64,000 nucleotides of DNA from Candidatus Ideonella esbjergensis (GTDB lineage Bacteria > Pseudomonadota > Gammaproteobacteria > Burkholderiales > Burkholderiaceae_C): contig JADJLP010000015.1 in the NCBI GenBank assembly GCA_016710065.1, positions 460,685-524,684 on the forward strand, in the 5' to 3' direction. Within the stretch, counting starts at the first letter, position 1. Every line of letters begins with the position of its first letter. The notes under the pieces were generated by a model that worked only from the letters and a program-made list of their open reading frames with translations, was not told the origin of the DNA and ran no database searches. Below, in pieces: positions 18,180 to 27,650 of the stretch. The position numbers and the translations under genes were made by a program.

Positions 18180-19127
18180 TCACAGGACGGTCTTGATGCC
18201 CTTGACCGCCTCGCGCATGTCGAAAAAGATCAGGCCCAGCGGCGTGGCTTCGGTGGCCAGCACCAGCAGCAGCGCGCCGCGTCCGGCACTGAGCATCACC
18301 GCGTAGCCCTGGTCGCCCCGCACGATCACTTCTGACACCTCGCCGCGGCGCAGCTCGGTGGCGGCCCGTGTGCCCAGGTTGAGCAGCGTGGCCGTCATCG
18401 CGGCCACGCGCGTTTCGTCCATCTCCTTGGCCAGGGCACTGGCAATCATCAGCCCGTCTGACGAGATCAGCGCGCTGGCTTCGACGCCGGGTGACGAACC
18501 CTGCAGCGTTTTGAGCACTTTGTTCAGGCTTTCTAGGCGGGACATGGACATCTCCGTTTCAGGGTTGGCGGCGCCAGGGTTGGGAATGGGGGCAAGAGGG
18601 GGTGGCGCTTCAACGCCGGGAAATAGGTTCTCGCACAGGGCCGTCAGTACGCGGCCTGGCTGGGAGGTCTTCACCACCGAGCCCGGTTCGATCAGCGCGT
18701 GCAGGCGGTTGCGCAGGCCATCCAGATCGCCGAACGGTGTCATGGCTGAGGCGCCGAAAGAGGTGGCCAGCGCGCCCAGCGCATGGTCGTTGTCGTCCGC
18801 CACGACGATCACCGGCGTGCTGGCCACGCGGGCTGCCTTGGACTGGCGCATGCGCTGCAGCAGCCCGAAACCATCGATCTCCAGCACCGCCATGGTGGCC
18901 ACGATGGCGCGGATGGACGGATCGGTCATCACCACCTGCCATGCATCCTCGGCGTCTTCGGCCACGCGCACGTCAAAGCGGCCCTGCATGCTTTGCTCCA
19001 GCGCGTCGCGCGACGCCCGGCGCTCATGGATCAACAGCACCCTGTGCCTGGGCCCGGCCATGGGCGCGGCCGCTTCGACCTTGCGGGTCAGCACAGGCAA
19101 ACGGTGGACGGCGGCAGGTGCAGACAT
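18180..19127 (-). CDS. Response-regulator receiver domain fused to a C-terminal roadblock/LC7 (MglB-like) domain.
   Basis: The N-terminus is receiver-like (RVLLIHERRASRDALEQ...VIVVADDND). The C-terminus is roadblock-like (LISSDGLMIASAL...VIVRGDQGYAVML). ATG at 19127. Confidence 0.6.
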   Translation of the reverse strand: MSAPAAVHRLPVLTRKVEAAAPMAGPRHRVLLIHERRASRDALEQSMQGRFDVRVAEDAEDAWQVVMTDPSIRAIVATMAVLEIDGFGLLQRMRQSKAARVASTPVIVVADDNDHALGALATSFGASAMTPFGDLDGLRNRLHALIEPGSVVKTSQPGRVLTALCENLFPGVEAPPPLAPIPNPGAANPETEMSMSRLESLNKVLKTLQGSSPGVEASALISSDGLMIASALAKEMDETRVAAMTATLLNLGTRAATELRRGEVSEVIVRGDQGYAVMLSAGRGALLLVLATEATPLGLIFFDMREAVKGIKTVL

Positions 19128-19285
19128 GTCAGCACCGCCCGGCCGCCCGAAGGTGCTGACGCGCCCCTCGGGGGCAGCGAACGCAGTGAGCTTGGGGTCG
19201 TTTCATGTCAGCACCGCCCGGCCGCCCGAAGGTGCTGACGCGCCCCTCGGGGGCAGCGAACGCAGTGAGCTTGGGGTCGTTTCAT
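19125..19285. repeat. Tandem direct duplication of a 79-bp unit (19125-19203 and 19204-19282, with a partial third start). The unit contains a hairpin GTCAGCACCGCCCGGCCGCCCGAAGGTGCTGAC.
   Basis: The two copies are identical when read directly. The duplicated unit includes the start-codon context of the response-regulator gene and the stop context of fccB. Confidence 0.75.
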
Positions 19286-19286
19286 G

Positions 19287-20552
19287 TCAACCCAGCGTGT
19301 CGCTCAGGATGTTGTTGGCCCAGGCCATGGCATAGATGCCTTCGGCCGTGGTGGCCTCGGCCGACAACCCGCCCGCGCCTTTGACGGCCACCATCTGGCG
19401 GTTCGCCGGGTCATAGCGGTACACCGCCGCCACGTGGATCACGTCGGTCTGAGAGACAAAGCTGTAGCAGGTGTTGGCGATGATGGGGTTGTGCGAGGGC
19501 GGCTGCCCCTCCATGAGCGAGGCCACGGCCGCTGCGCAAACCTTGGCCTCCTGGTTGGCCATGTGGGCGGATTTGGGCATGCCGGGGCTGCCCGCCACCG
19601 CGTCGCCAATCACGTGCACGCCCTTGTGCACCAGCGATTCGTAGCTCAGAAAGTCAACGCCGCACCACTTGCCGGCCACGTTGGCCAGACCCATCTGGCG
19701 AGCGATCTGACCGGCGCGCTGCGGCGGAATCACGTTCCAGATGTCGGCCTTCACCGCGCCGTGCATGTCCAGGTTGACCACGCCCTTGGCGGCATCCGCC
19801 GACTTGATGTCGGCGTTGGGTATGTACTCGATGACGTTTTTGTAGCGGCTGGCCCAGGCATGCGTGAACAGGTCTTTCTTGGCCTGGATCTCGGGGTTGG
19901 CGTCGAACACCAGCAGCTTGGACTTGGGCTTGGACACCGACAGGAAGTAGGCGATCAGGCTGGCCCGTTCATAGGGCCCCGGCGGGCAGCGGTACGGCAC
20001 CTTGGGGATGTGCATGGCCACCACGCCGCCGGCCTGCAAGTCCATCAGCTGGTTGCGCAGCAGCACCGTTTGCTCGCCGGCCTTCCAGGCGTGCGGCATC
20101 TTGTGCTGCGCCTCGGCCGTGCGCAGGCCCTCCAGCTGGTCGTAGACAAAATCAACGCCCGGCGAAACGATCAGGCGGTCATACGAGATCTTCTGCTTGC
20201 CCACCGTCACCTGTCGCCGGTCGGTGTCCACCGCATCGGCCCGGCCCTGAACCAGGTTGATGCCGTGGCGGTGCACCAGGCGGTCGTAGCTGTGGGTCAG
20301 GTCGCGCAGCGACATGCCGCCGCTGAGCACCCGGTTGCTCATGGGGCAGGAGACGAAGCTGGTGTTGGGCTCGATCAGTGTGATCAAGGTGGCGGGGGCG
20401 AACTCGCGCAGGTACCTGGCCGCAGTGGCGCCACCAAAACCCCCGCCCACAATCACCACGTGGCCGCCGCTCTGGGCCCGGGCACCGGCGGCCAGCGCGG
20501 CCGGCGGCAAGGCCGCCCATTGGAGGAAATGGCGTCGTTGCATCTCTCGCAC
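19287..20552 (-). CDS. fccB: Flavocytochrome c sulfide dehydrogenase, flavoprotein subunit.
   Basis: A Tat signal is present (RRHFLQWAALPPAALAAGARA). It has the FAD-binding VVIVGGGFGGATAA motif and pairs with a small cytochrome c gene. Confidence 0.8.
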   Translation of the reverse strand: MREMQRRHFLQWAALPPAALAAGARAQSGGHVVIVGGGFGGATAARYLREFAPATLITLIEPNTSFVSCPMSNRVLSGGMSLRDLTHSYDRLVHRHGINLVQGRADAVDTDRRQVTVGKQKISYDRLIVSPGVDFVYDQLEGLRTAEAQHKMPHAWKAGEQTVLLRNQLMDLQAGGVVAMHIPKVPYRCPPGPYERASLIAYFLSVSKPKSKLLVFDANPEIQAKKDLFTHAWASRYKNVIEYIPNADIKSADAAKGVVNLDMHGAVKADIWNVIPPQRAGQIARQMGLANVAGKWCGVDFLSYESLVHKGVHVIGDAVAGSPGMPKSAHMANQEAKVCAAAVASLMEGQPPSHNPIIANTCYSFVSQTDVIHVAAVYRYDPANRQMVAVKGAGGLSAEATTAEGIYAMAWANNILSDTLG

Positions 20553-20555
20553 CCT

Positions 20556-20870
20556 TCACTTGATCTTCGAGAAATGCTCGGCCAGCGCCTGCAGTTCGGG
20601 GTCGGAATAGCCCTTGGCATGCTGGTGCATGATCGTTGCGTGCCGGGTGCCCTGCTTGAATTCCAGCAGGCGTTTGTAGAGCTTGTCGGTGGAGACGCCC
20701 GCCAGGTACATGCCCGCGCCTTCTGCCTTGCCATGCGGGCCATGGCAAGCCGCGCAACTGGCGGCCCAGAGCCTGACATCGCTGGGGCTGATGGCCGCCG
20801 CCTGCGCCATGGCTGCAGCCCCCACCCACCAAGCCGCAAGGCACATCACCACCGGCACTCGCCTGTCCAT
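20556..20870 (-). CDS. fccA: Flavocytochrome c cytochrome subunit (mono-haem cytochrome c).
   Basis: Signal peptide plus the CAACHG haem-binding motif. It lies 3 nt upstream of fccB. Confidence 0.7.
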   Translation of the reverse strand: MDRRVPVVMCLAAWWVGAAAMAQAAAISPSDVRLWAASCAACHGPHGKAEGAGMYLAGVSTDKLYKRLLEFKQGTRHATIMHQHAKGYSDPELQALAEHFSKIK

Positions 20871-21079
20871 TGCACGCTCCCTGCAGTCTTGGGCACCCCA
20901 GCTCGCCCACGAACAAGTGCGGCCGTTGATGTTTTATCCACCTCATTGTGTGAACGAATGCCCATGAGTGGTCAAGCATCTAGACACACTTTCTAGCAAT
21001 TGTGTTATGGCGCCACGGCAGGCGTTTACCTAAGCCGCCACCAGCGGATGTGTGCAAGGGCAGGCGACGCAAGCGCCCC

Positions 21080-21388
21080 ATGGCCCTGAAGAGATCCGAG
21101 CTTTGCGCCTCCCTCTGGTCCAGCTGCGACGCCCTGCGCGGTGGCAGTGCTGGCCTCGTTCCCCATCATCGAAGTGCAGCAGGATTACTGAGCATGCAGC
21201 GCCTGGACCTGGCCCGCAAGCCGCCCGAGTGCCTGGAGTACATCGTGGTGCACGAGCTGGCCCACCTGCGCGAGCCCCACCACGGCGAGGCCTTCCAGCG
21301 TCTGATGAACCAGGTGATGGCCCAGTGGCAGGCGCACCGCAGGGCGTTGAACTGCCTGCCCCTGCGACACGAGGACTGGGGCTACTGA
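21080..21388 (+). pseudogene. Fusion remnant: the N-terminus of a type I R-M HsdM (MALKRSELCASLWSSCDALRGG) joined in frame to the C-terminus of a DUF45/YgjP-type metal-dependent hydrolase (YIVVHELAHLREPHHGEAFQRLMNQVM).
   Basis: Both halves match well-known terminal signatures of their families (the HsdM N-terminal helix, and the HExxH of DUF45). The remnant is about 100 aa, far too short for either protein. A lower-GC patch at 20890-21010 adjoins it. Confidence 0.5.
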
Positions 21389-22569
21389 CCTGCCCCGCTG
21401 GTCACCAGCCCTTGCCCCGCCGCCCAGGCTGAGACATCGTCGCGGCGGATCGCCGCGGCCATCAGACCGGGGAAGGCGTTGGGCGTGCAGGCGAACGATG
21501 GCACGCCCAGCGCGGCCAGCTTGGCGGCCAGGGCGTGGTCGTAGGCCGGGGCACCTTCGTCGCTGAGCGCCAGCAGGGTGATGAACTGCACGCCCGCCTC
21601 CACCAGCTCGGCGGCGCGGCGCAAGAGGTTGGCTTCCACGCCGCCTTCGTACAGATCGGAGATGAGCACGAAGATGGTGTTGCGCGGCTCGCGGATGAGG
21701 CTCTGGCAATAGCCCACCGCGCCGTTGATGTCGGTGCCGCCGCCCAGCTGCACGCCGAACAGCAGCTCCACCGGGTCGTCGAGCTGCTCGGTCATGTCCA
21801 CCACGGCCGTGTCGAACACCACCAGCTTGGTGGCCACCGCCGGCAGGCTGGCCATCACCGCGCCGAAGATGCTGGCGTAGACCACCGAGTTGGCCATGGA
21901 GCCGCTCTGGTCGATGCACAGCACCACCTCGCGCTGCGGCTTGCGCGCCTTGCGGCCGTAGCCCAGCAGGGTTTGCGGCACCACGGTGCGGTAGTCGGGT
22001 TGCCAATGCTTGAGGTTGGCGCGTATGGTGCGGTGCCAGTCGATCTCGGCATGGCGCGGCCGGCGGTTGCGCTGGCTGCGGTCGAGCGCGCCGCTGATGG
22101 CCGAGCGCAGTGGTTCATCGAGCCGCTTCATCAGCTCGTCCACCACCTTGCGCACCACCAGGCGCGCGGTGGCCTTGGTGCCGGCCGGAATCACGCGCGA
22201 AAGCGCCATCAGGTTGGCCACCAGGTGCACGTCGGGCTGCACGGCGTTCAGCATCTCGGGCTGCAGCAGCATGTCGCGCATGTCCAGGCGCTGCAGTGCG
22301 TCGTGCTGCATCACCTGCACCACCGAGCTGGGAAAGTACTTGTGGATGTCGCCCAGCCAGCGCGCCACGCTGGGCGCCGAGCCACCCCGCCCGCCGCGCC
22401 GCTGGGTGGACTTGAGCCCGCCAGGGCCGTCGGCCTCGTAGAGGGCGGTGAGGGCCTGATCCATCTCGGCGCCGGCACCGCTCAGGCCACCGCAGGCGGC
22501 CTCGGCCTCGCTGCCCAGCACCAGGCGCCAGCGGCGCAGGCGGTCAGGGTCGCTCACACGTTCGGTCAT
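21382..22569 (-). CDS. von Willebrand factor A (VWA) domain protein, the MoxR-partner type.
   Basis: VWA/MIDAS motifs are present (VVLCIDQSGSM...GGTD). The ATG overlaps the DUF5682-like stop as ATGA. Confidence 0.75.
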   Translation of the reverse strand: MTERVSDPDRLRRWRLVLGSEAEAACGGLSGAGAEMDQALTALYEADGPGGLKSTQRRGGRGGSAPSVARWLGDIHKYFPSSVVQVMQHDALQRLDMRDMLLQPEMLNAVQPDVHLVANLMALSRVIPAGTKATARLVVRKVVDELMKRLDEPLRSAISGALDRSQRNRRPRHAEIDWHRTIRANLKHWQPDYRTVVPQTLLGYGRKARKPQREVVLCIDQSGSMANSVVYASIFGAVMASLPAVATKLVVFDTAVVDMTEQLDDPVELLFGVQLGGGTDINGAVGYCQSLIREPRNTIFVLISDLYEGGVEANLLRRAAELVEAGVQFITLLALSDEGAPAYDHALAAKLAALGVPSFACTPNAFPGLMAAAIRRDDVSAWAAGQGLVTSGAGQ

Positions 22570-24905
22570 GCTGAAACCCCCAGCAGTTGGCGCAGCAGCG
22601 GCAGGGCCAGCTCGGCGCGGGCCTCGTCCCAGCTGGGCGCGGTGGCGGCCACGGCCTGGGGCTGGGCGCCTTGCGCGGCGCGCTGGGCCAGGTCGCGGCG
22701 CTCGCTGGATTCAAAGGCCGAGAAGCTGCGCCGCACCAGCGGCAGCACGCGCACAAAGTGCTCGTCGCTGAGCGTGGCCAGCCAGTCGTCCACCAGTTGC
22801 CAGACGGTGGCGTCGTGCAGCAGCACCACGGCGTTGCGGTTCAGAAAGCCGTCCAACCAGGCGGCGGCCTGGGCCGGCTCGGCACCGGTAGAAAGGTGCA
22901 GCGAGATGGCCTGTGCCACCTCGGCGCTGCCCCACACGCCGGCGTCGAGCAGCAGCCGCGTGGCCACGCCCTGCAGCAGGTGGTGGGCGCCCACGCTGCG
23001 GCCCACCTGGGCCAGGGCCTGTTGCCAGCTGCGGGTCTGCTCTTCGCCATCGCGCAGGCCCACGGCGGCGTGGGCGCCCAGCAGCTTGTTGCGCAGGCTG
23101 TCGGCCGCCGCGTCGTCCAGCGCGCTGCAGGCCAGCGGCAGGCTGATGGCAGCACGCACGATCAGGCTGTCCAGCACATGGCTCACCAGGGCGGCGTCGG
23201 TCTGGCGCACATTGCCGTAGCGGTACACATTGGCCAGTGGCGCCAGCGCGGCCAGCAGCTGCTGGGTGTCGCCGGTCAGCGCGGCGCGGGCCTCCAGCGC
23301 GGCAGCGGCGGCAGAGGTGGCGTCGGGCAGCTGGGCCAGCAACACCTGGTCCACCAGGGCCGAGAGTTCTTCCAGGCGCTGCACGCGCTGGCAACGGTCC
23401 ACCACGCAGGCGGTGGCGGCCTGGGGCACGGTCTGGCCCCATTGGCTGGCCTCGATCAGCGCCAGCGCGAACTCGGGCTGCCACTGCAGCGTCCACAGTT
23501 CGTGGAAAGTGCCACGGCTGCTGCGGCCCACCTTGGCCACGCTGCCCCAGTCCACGCCCAGCAGGTTCAGGCGGTGCAGCAGCTGGCTGCGGGCCAGGTC
23601 ATTGGTGTTGCGCAGATCCAGGTCCAGCGTCTTCTGGGTGGCCTCGGGCTTCAGGCGCAGGCTCTTCTGGGCCTGCTCCAGATCGCGCTGCAGCGGCACG
23701 GTGGGCACATCGGGCGGCACGGCGCCCAGGCGGTCGCCCACCACCAGGTCGGTGTGGATGAATCGCAGCACGGCCTCGTCGCCCATCGTCAGCACCGTGC
23801 GGCAGGCTTCGTGCAGTTCGTCCAGGCCGGGGGCCGGGCGCTCGCGCATGGCGGCCAGCGCGTCGGCCAGGCGTGCGGCTTCAATCAGATGGGCGCTGGA
23901 GCAGTCGAGGTCGCGTTCGCGCATCAGCCGGGCCACGCGGCTCAGCCAGCCCACGGCGCGCGGCGCGCCGCTCTCGGCGCATTGCCACAGGTGCTCGTAC
24001 CAGCCGGGTGCGTGCACGCCGGCACCGTAGCCGCTGGCGGCGGCCAGGTGGCGGTAGGTCCAGGGCACCCAGGTGCTTTGCACCTTCAGCTTGGGCAGGC
24101 CCTTGAGCAGGGCCGCGTCGGCCTTGGCGGTGGCCGGCCCCTGCAGGCCGCCCAGGTGCCAGGCGCCGCAGACCACGGCAATGCGGGCGTGGCCCTCTTT
24201 CTCGGCGGCGCGCACGCACTGGCGCATGTGGGCCTCGCGCAGGGTTTCGCGGTGTTGCTCGTGCTCGCTGCGGCGCGGCTCGGGGGTCTCGGCCCGCAGC
24301 GTGGTCATGGCCTCGTTGATGGCGGCGAACAGGTCTTCGCCGTCGCCACGCTCCTCCACCATGTGGTTCCACCAGGCTTCGCCATCCGAGTAGCCGGCGG
24401 CGTGGGCCAGCCAGTCCAGCGGGTCGCGTGCGTCTGCGGACATGGGCGGGGGCGTGGCCTCGGCGTCGGCCGTGGCGGGCGCCGCGTCGGTGGGCGCTTC
24501 GCCGTCGTCGTCCTGGGCCTCGGCGGCGGTTGCTGCGGCTTCGGCTTCAGCCGCCGCCTGCGCGGCCGCCTCTTGCCGTGCCTTCTCCAGCGCCAGCCCG
24601 TGCACCAGCGGCAGGTCGATGAAGCGCAGCGGCACCGCCTGCTGCGCGGCCCAGCGCAGCGCCTGCCACTCGGGCGAGAAGCTGGCAAAGGGGTGGTAGA
24701 CGGCCAGCCGGGGTTCGTCGGGGCAGTGGCTGAGCAGGGCCACCGGCGGCGTCATGCCGGGCGACAGCACCCAGGGCAGAAGGGCCTCGCCCTCGGGCGG
24801 GCCTTCCACCAACACCAGCTCGGGCGCAAAGGCCTGCAGCGCCCGCAGCAGGCTGCGCGCGCAGCCGGGGCCGTGGTGGCGGATGCCGAAGTAGCGAACC
24901 GTCAT
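22566..24905 (-). CDS. DUF5682-like family protein, 779 aa.
   Basis: This large helical protein is in the conserved position between the MoxR ATPase and the VWA protein. It has an Ala/Glu/Asp-rich low-complexity insert. Confidence 0.65.
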   Translation of the reverse strand: MTVRYFGIRHHGPGCARSLLRALQAFAPELVLVEGPPEGEALLPWVLSPGMTPPVALLSHCPDEPRLAVYHPFASFSPEWQALRWAAQQAVPLRFIDLPLVHGLALEKARQEAAAQAAAEAEAAATAAEAQDDDGEAPTDAAPATADAEATPPPMSADARDPLDWLAHAAGYSDGEAWWNHMVEERGDGEDLFAAINEAMTTLRAETPEPRRSEHEQHRETLREAHMRQCVRAAEKEGHARIAVVCGAWHLGGLQGPATAKADAALLKGLPKLKVQSTWVPWTYRHLAAASGYGAGVHAPGWYEHLWQCAESGAPRAVGWLSRVARLMRERDLDCSSAHLIEAARLADALAAMRERPAPGLDELHEACRTVLTMGDEAVLRFIHTDLVVGDRLGAVPPDVPTVPLQRDLEQAQKSLRLKPEATQKTLDLDLRNTNDLARSQLLHRLNLLGVDWGSVAKVGRSSRGTFHELWTLQWQPEFALALIEASQWGQTVPQAATACVVDRCQRVQRLEELSALVDQVLLAQLPDATSAAAAALEARAALTGDTQQLLAALAPLANVYRYGNVRQTDAALVSHVLDSLIVRAAISLPLACSALDDAAADSLRNKLLGAHAAVGLRDGEEQTRSWQQALAQVGRSVGAHHLLQGVATRLLLDAGVWGSAEVAQAISLHLSTGAEPAQAAAWLDGFLNRNAVVLLHDATVWQLVDDWLATLSDEHFVRVLPLVRRSFSAFESSERRDLAQRAAQGAQPQAVAATAPSWDEARAELALPLLRQLLGVSA

Positions 24906-24918
24906 GGTGTGTGCGTGT

Positions 24919-26013
24919 TCAGTCCAGCTCGCGAAAGGCGCGGTACAGGTCCTTCCAGTCGCCGCGCTCCTTCACCACGGTCTCCAGGTACTCGCTCCAC
25001 ACCACCTGGTCCTGCACCGGGTCTTTCACCACCGCGCCGATCAGGCCGGCGGCCATGTCGTGCGGGCGCAGCACGCCGTCGCCGAAGTGGCCGGCCAGGG
25101 CCATGCCGCTGTTGATCACCGAGATGGCCTCGGCGGTGGAGAGCGTGGACGTGGGCGACTTGAGCTGGGTCTTGCCGTCTTCGGTCTTGCCGTTGCGCAG
25201 CTCGCGGAAGATCTGCACGATGCGCCGCACCTCCTTCAGCGCCGGCGGCTCGGCCGGCAGCTGCAGCGCGCGGCCCATCTCGGCCACGCGCTTGACGACG
25301 ATGGCCACCTCGTCGGCCTCGCTGGCGGGCACCGGCAGCACCACGGTGTTGAAGCGGCGCTTGAGCGCGGCGGAGAGCTCGTTCACGCCCTTGTCGCGGT
25401 TGTTGGCGGTGGCGATGACGCTGAAGCCGCGCACGGCCTGCACCTCGCTGCCCAGCTCGGGGATGGGCAGGGTCTTTTCCGAGAGCACGGTGATCAGGCT
25501 GTCCTGCACGTCGGCGGGGATGCGGGTGAGCTCTTCCACGCGGGCGATGCGGCCAGCCCGCATGGCCTGCATCAGCGGGCTGGGCACCAGCGCGTCTTCC
25601 GAGGGGCCGTGGGCCAGCAACTGGGCGTAGTTCCAGCCGTAGCGCAGCTGCTCTTCGCTGGTGCCGGCCGTGCCCTGGATGAGCAGGGTGGAGTTGCCGC
25701 TGATGGCCGCGGCCAGGTGCTCTGACACCCACGACTTGGCGGTGCCCGGCACGCCGTAGAGCAGCAGGGCGCGGTCGGTGGCCAGCGTGGCCACGGCGAT
25801 CTCCATCAAGCGCGGGCTGCCGATGTACTTGGGGCTCACTTCAAAGCCGTTGTCCAGCTTGCCGCCCATCAGGTAGCGCACCACGGCCCAGGGCGAGAGC
25901 TGCCAGTTCTCGGGCCGGGGCCGCTCGTCGAGCTTGCGCAGCTCGGCCAGTTCCTCGGCGTACTGCACTTCAGCATGCTGGCGCATCACGGGGTTGGCGG
26001 TGGGCGTGTTCAT
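24919..26013 (-). CDS. MoxR-like AAA+ ATPase.
   Basis: I place the start at ATG 26013 (MNTPTANPV...); the track ORF extends into junk. It has Walker A (LLYGVPGTAKS), Walker B (ARVEELTRIP) and a MoxR-family C-terminal domain. Confidence 0.8.
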   Translation of the reverse strand: MNTPTANPVMRQHAEVQYAEELAELRKLDERPRPENWQLSPWAVVRYLMGGKLDNGFEVSPKYIGSPRLMEIAVATLATDRALLLYGVPGTAKSWVSEHLAAAISGNSTLLIQGTAGTSEEQLRYGWNYAQLLAHGPSEDALVPSPLMQAMRAGRIARVEELTRIPADVQDSLITVLSEKTLPIPELGSEVQAVRGFSVIATANNRDKGVNELSAALKRRFNTVVLPVPASEADEVAIVVKRVAEMGRALQLPAEPPALKEVRRIVQIFRELRNGKTEDGKTQLKSPTSTLSTAEAISVINSGMALAGHFGDGVLRPHDMAAGLIGAVVKDPVQDQVVWSEYLETVVKERGDWKDLYRAFRELD

Positions 26014-26023
26014 GGCGTGGCTC

Positions 26024-27592
26024 TCAGGTGGAGAAGTGGGCATGCAGGGCCTGCCGGGTGGCAATGACCTGCATCGCGGTCTGCAAGGTGTTGGTGAGGC
26101 TGGGGGTTTCGTCGTCGCTGCGCGGCAGCTGGGCCACGGCGCCCAGCACGCCGGGGTGCAGCGCGCAGCACAGGTCGGGCAACAGGCTGCGCAGCAGAAA
26201 GTCGTCGCGCAGGGCGCCGGCGGCCGTTTGCGGCAGGCGTTGCTGCAGCGCGCGGGCCAGGGCCTGCGAGAACTCGGGCGACAGGCTCTCATTCAGTGGC
26301 CAGGCGCCGAGCACCTGGCTCAGCAGCTGAGCCAGTGGCAACTGCCCGCTGGCGAGCTGGCGCTGCCAATGTTGCTCGCGCTCGGCCGCGGGCAGCAGGG
26401 CCAGCACGGCGCTGGTCTCGTCGCGCAGGCCCTTGGCGGGCCAGGCATCCAGCAATGCGCGGCACCAGGTTGGCACCTCGGGGGCGTCGGGCGCGGCGAA
26501 CAGCACGTCGCGCCAGCCGCGCAGCAGGGCTTCGGCCCAGTCGGTGCCGGCAGCCCATTTCAGCAACTCGGGCGGGTTCATGCCGGTGTGCTCAGTCCAC
26601 CAGCGCAGCGGCACCTGCCGCACCAGCTGGTACAGCCACCAGCCGCGTTCGCCCAGTGACTCGTGCTGCGGGCGCGTGGCGTCGAGGTTGTCGGCTTTCC
26701 AGTCCTCACCCGGTGCTTCGGGCGCCTGCACCACCCAGTGCTTGAGCAGCAGCGCGCGTTCGTGTCGCACCAGCGGCGCCAGGCGCTGTGCGGCGCGGCT
26801 GGGGTGGGCGGCGGTGGGCAGGCGCAGCAGCAGGGCCAGGGCCACCTGGCGCACCTCGCGGCTGCGGTCGGCGCGCAGGCTGTCGAGCAGGGCGGCGTCG
26901 GCATCGCTGATGTTCACGGCCAGCGCGCCCAACAGCTCGGCGCGCTCCTTGGCGCCCAGTTCGGGCAGGGCCGCGCGCAATCGCTCGCGGGCAGCGGCCG
27001 GGTCTTGCGCACGCTCTTGCGTCAGAAAAGCCTGGCGCTGCTCGGCCGCGCCGTCCGTCCAGCGGGCCTCGTCGGCCGCTTCGGCCACCACGCCGGCGGC
27101 GTAGTGCCAGTCGTCTCGCAGTGTCGCCAGCCACAGGCCGCGCGTGCCCAGCACCGGCAGCAGCCTCGACCGCAGGGCGATGGAGCGGCGGCCTTGCTCC
27201 AGCGCTGCAGGCAGCAGGCTGGCCGGCAGGCGGTGGCGGGCGCGGGCCAGCACCGCGCACAACTCGTGCTGCAGGCGCGCCGGGCCGTCTTGCCAGGCCC
27301 AGGCCATGTGGGCGACGAGCGCCGGGTGTTGGGGCTCGGGCAGCGGGTCGGCCGCGCAGGGCGCCGGCAGCGCCGTGGTGAACGGCGCGCCTTGCGCGCC
27401 AGACTGTGCGCAGCTGGCCAGCACCGCGCTGGCGCGCAGCACGGCGCTGGCCGCATCGGGCGCATCCTGCACGGCCCGGGCCAGCAAGTTGCCCACCGCG
27501 CCAGGCCAGGCGGGCAGCGCGGCGGCATGGCGGTCGGTGCCCACCATGGCCACGGGCAGCAGCGGCGCCCACACGCTGGGGTGCGCGCTCAT
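26024..27592 (-). CDS. DUF5691-like family protein.
   Basis: ATG at 27592 with a GGAGGG RBS; the track uses GTG 27616. This helical protein is in the conserved slot between the SWIM and MoxR genes. Confidence 0.6.
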   Translation of the reverse strand: MSAHPSVWAPLLPVAMVGTDRHAAALPAWPGAVGNLLARAVQDAPDAASAVLRASAVLASCAQSGAQGAPFTTALPAPCAADPLPEPQHPALVAHMAWAWQDGPARLQHELCAVLARARHRLPASLLPAALEQGRRSIALRSRLLPVLGTRGLWLATLRDDWHYAAGVVAEAADEARWTDGAAEQRQAFLTQERAQDPAAARERLRAALPELGAKERAELLGALAVNISDADAALLDSLRADRSREVRQVALALLLRLPTAAHPSRAAQRLAPLVRHERALLLKHWVVQAPEAPGEDWKADNLDATRPQHESLGERGWWLYQLVRQVPLRWWTEHTGMNPPELLKWAAGTDWAEALLRGWRDVLFAAPDAPEVPTWCRALLDAWPAKGLRDETSAVLALLPAAEREQHWQRQLASGQLPLAQLLSQVLGAWPLNESLSPEFSQALARALQQRLPQTAAGALRDDFLLRSLLPDLCCALHPGVLGAVAQLPRSDDETPSLTNTLQTAMQVIATRQALHAHFST

Positions 27593-27650
27593 GGGACGAC
27601 CCTCCGTGCGGGGCACTTCGGGATTCGAGCTTGGGAACGGCCCCGCGCGC

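Noticed and set aside
22587-25115. 842-aa plus-strand ORF, and similar long ORFs at 27144-28538, 27406-28830, 19284-20996, 31310-32848, 43170-44186, 48272-49342, 49349-50515, 56189-57901, 58027-59007, 10095-11918, 13148-14068 and 13771-14799.
   Set aside because: All are antisense or alternative frames of genes with clear family signatures. They have low-complexity, Arg/Gly-rich translations and no RBS.
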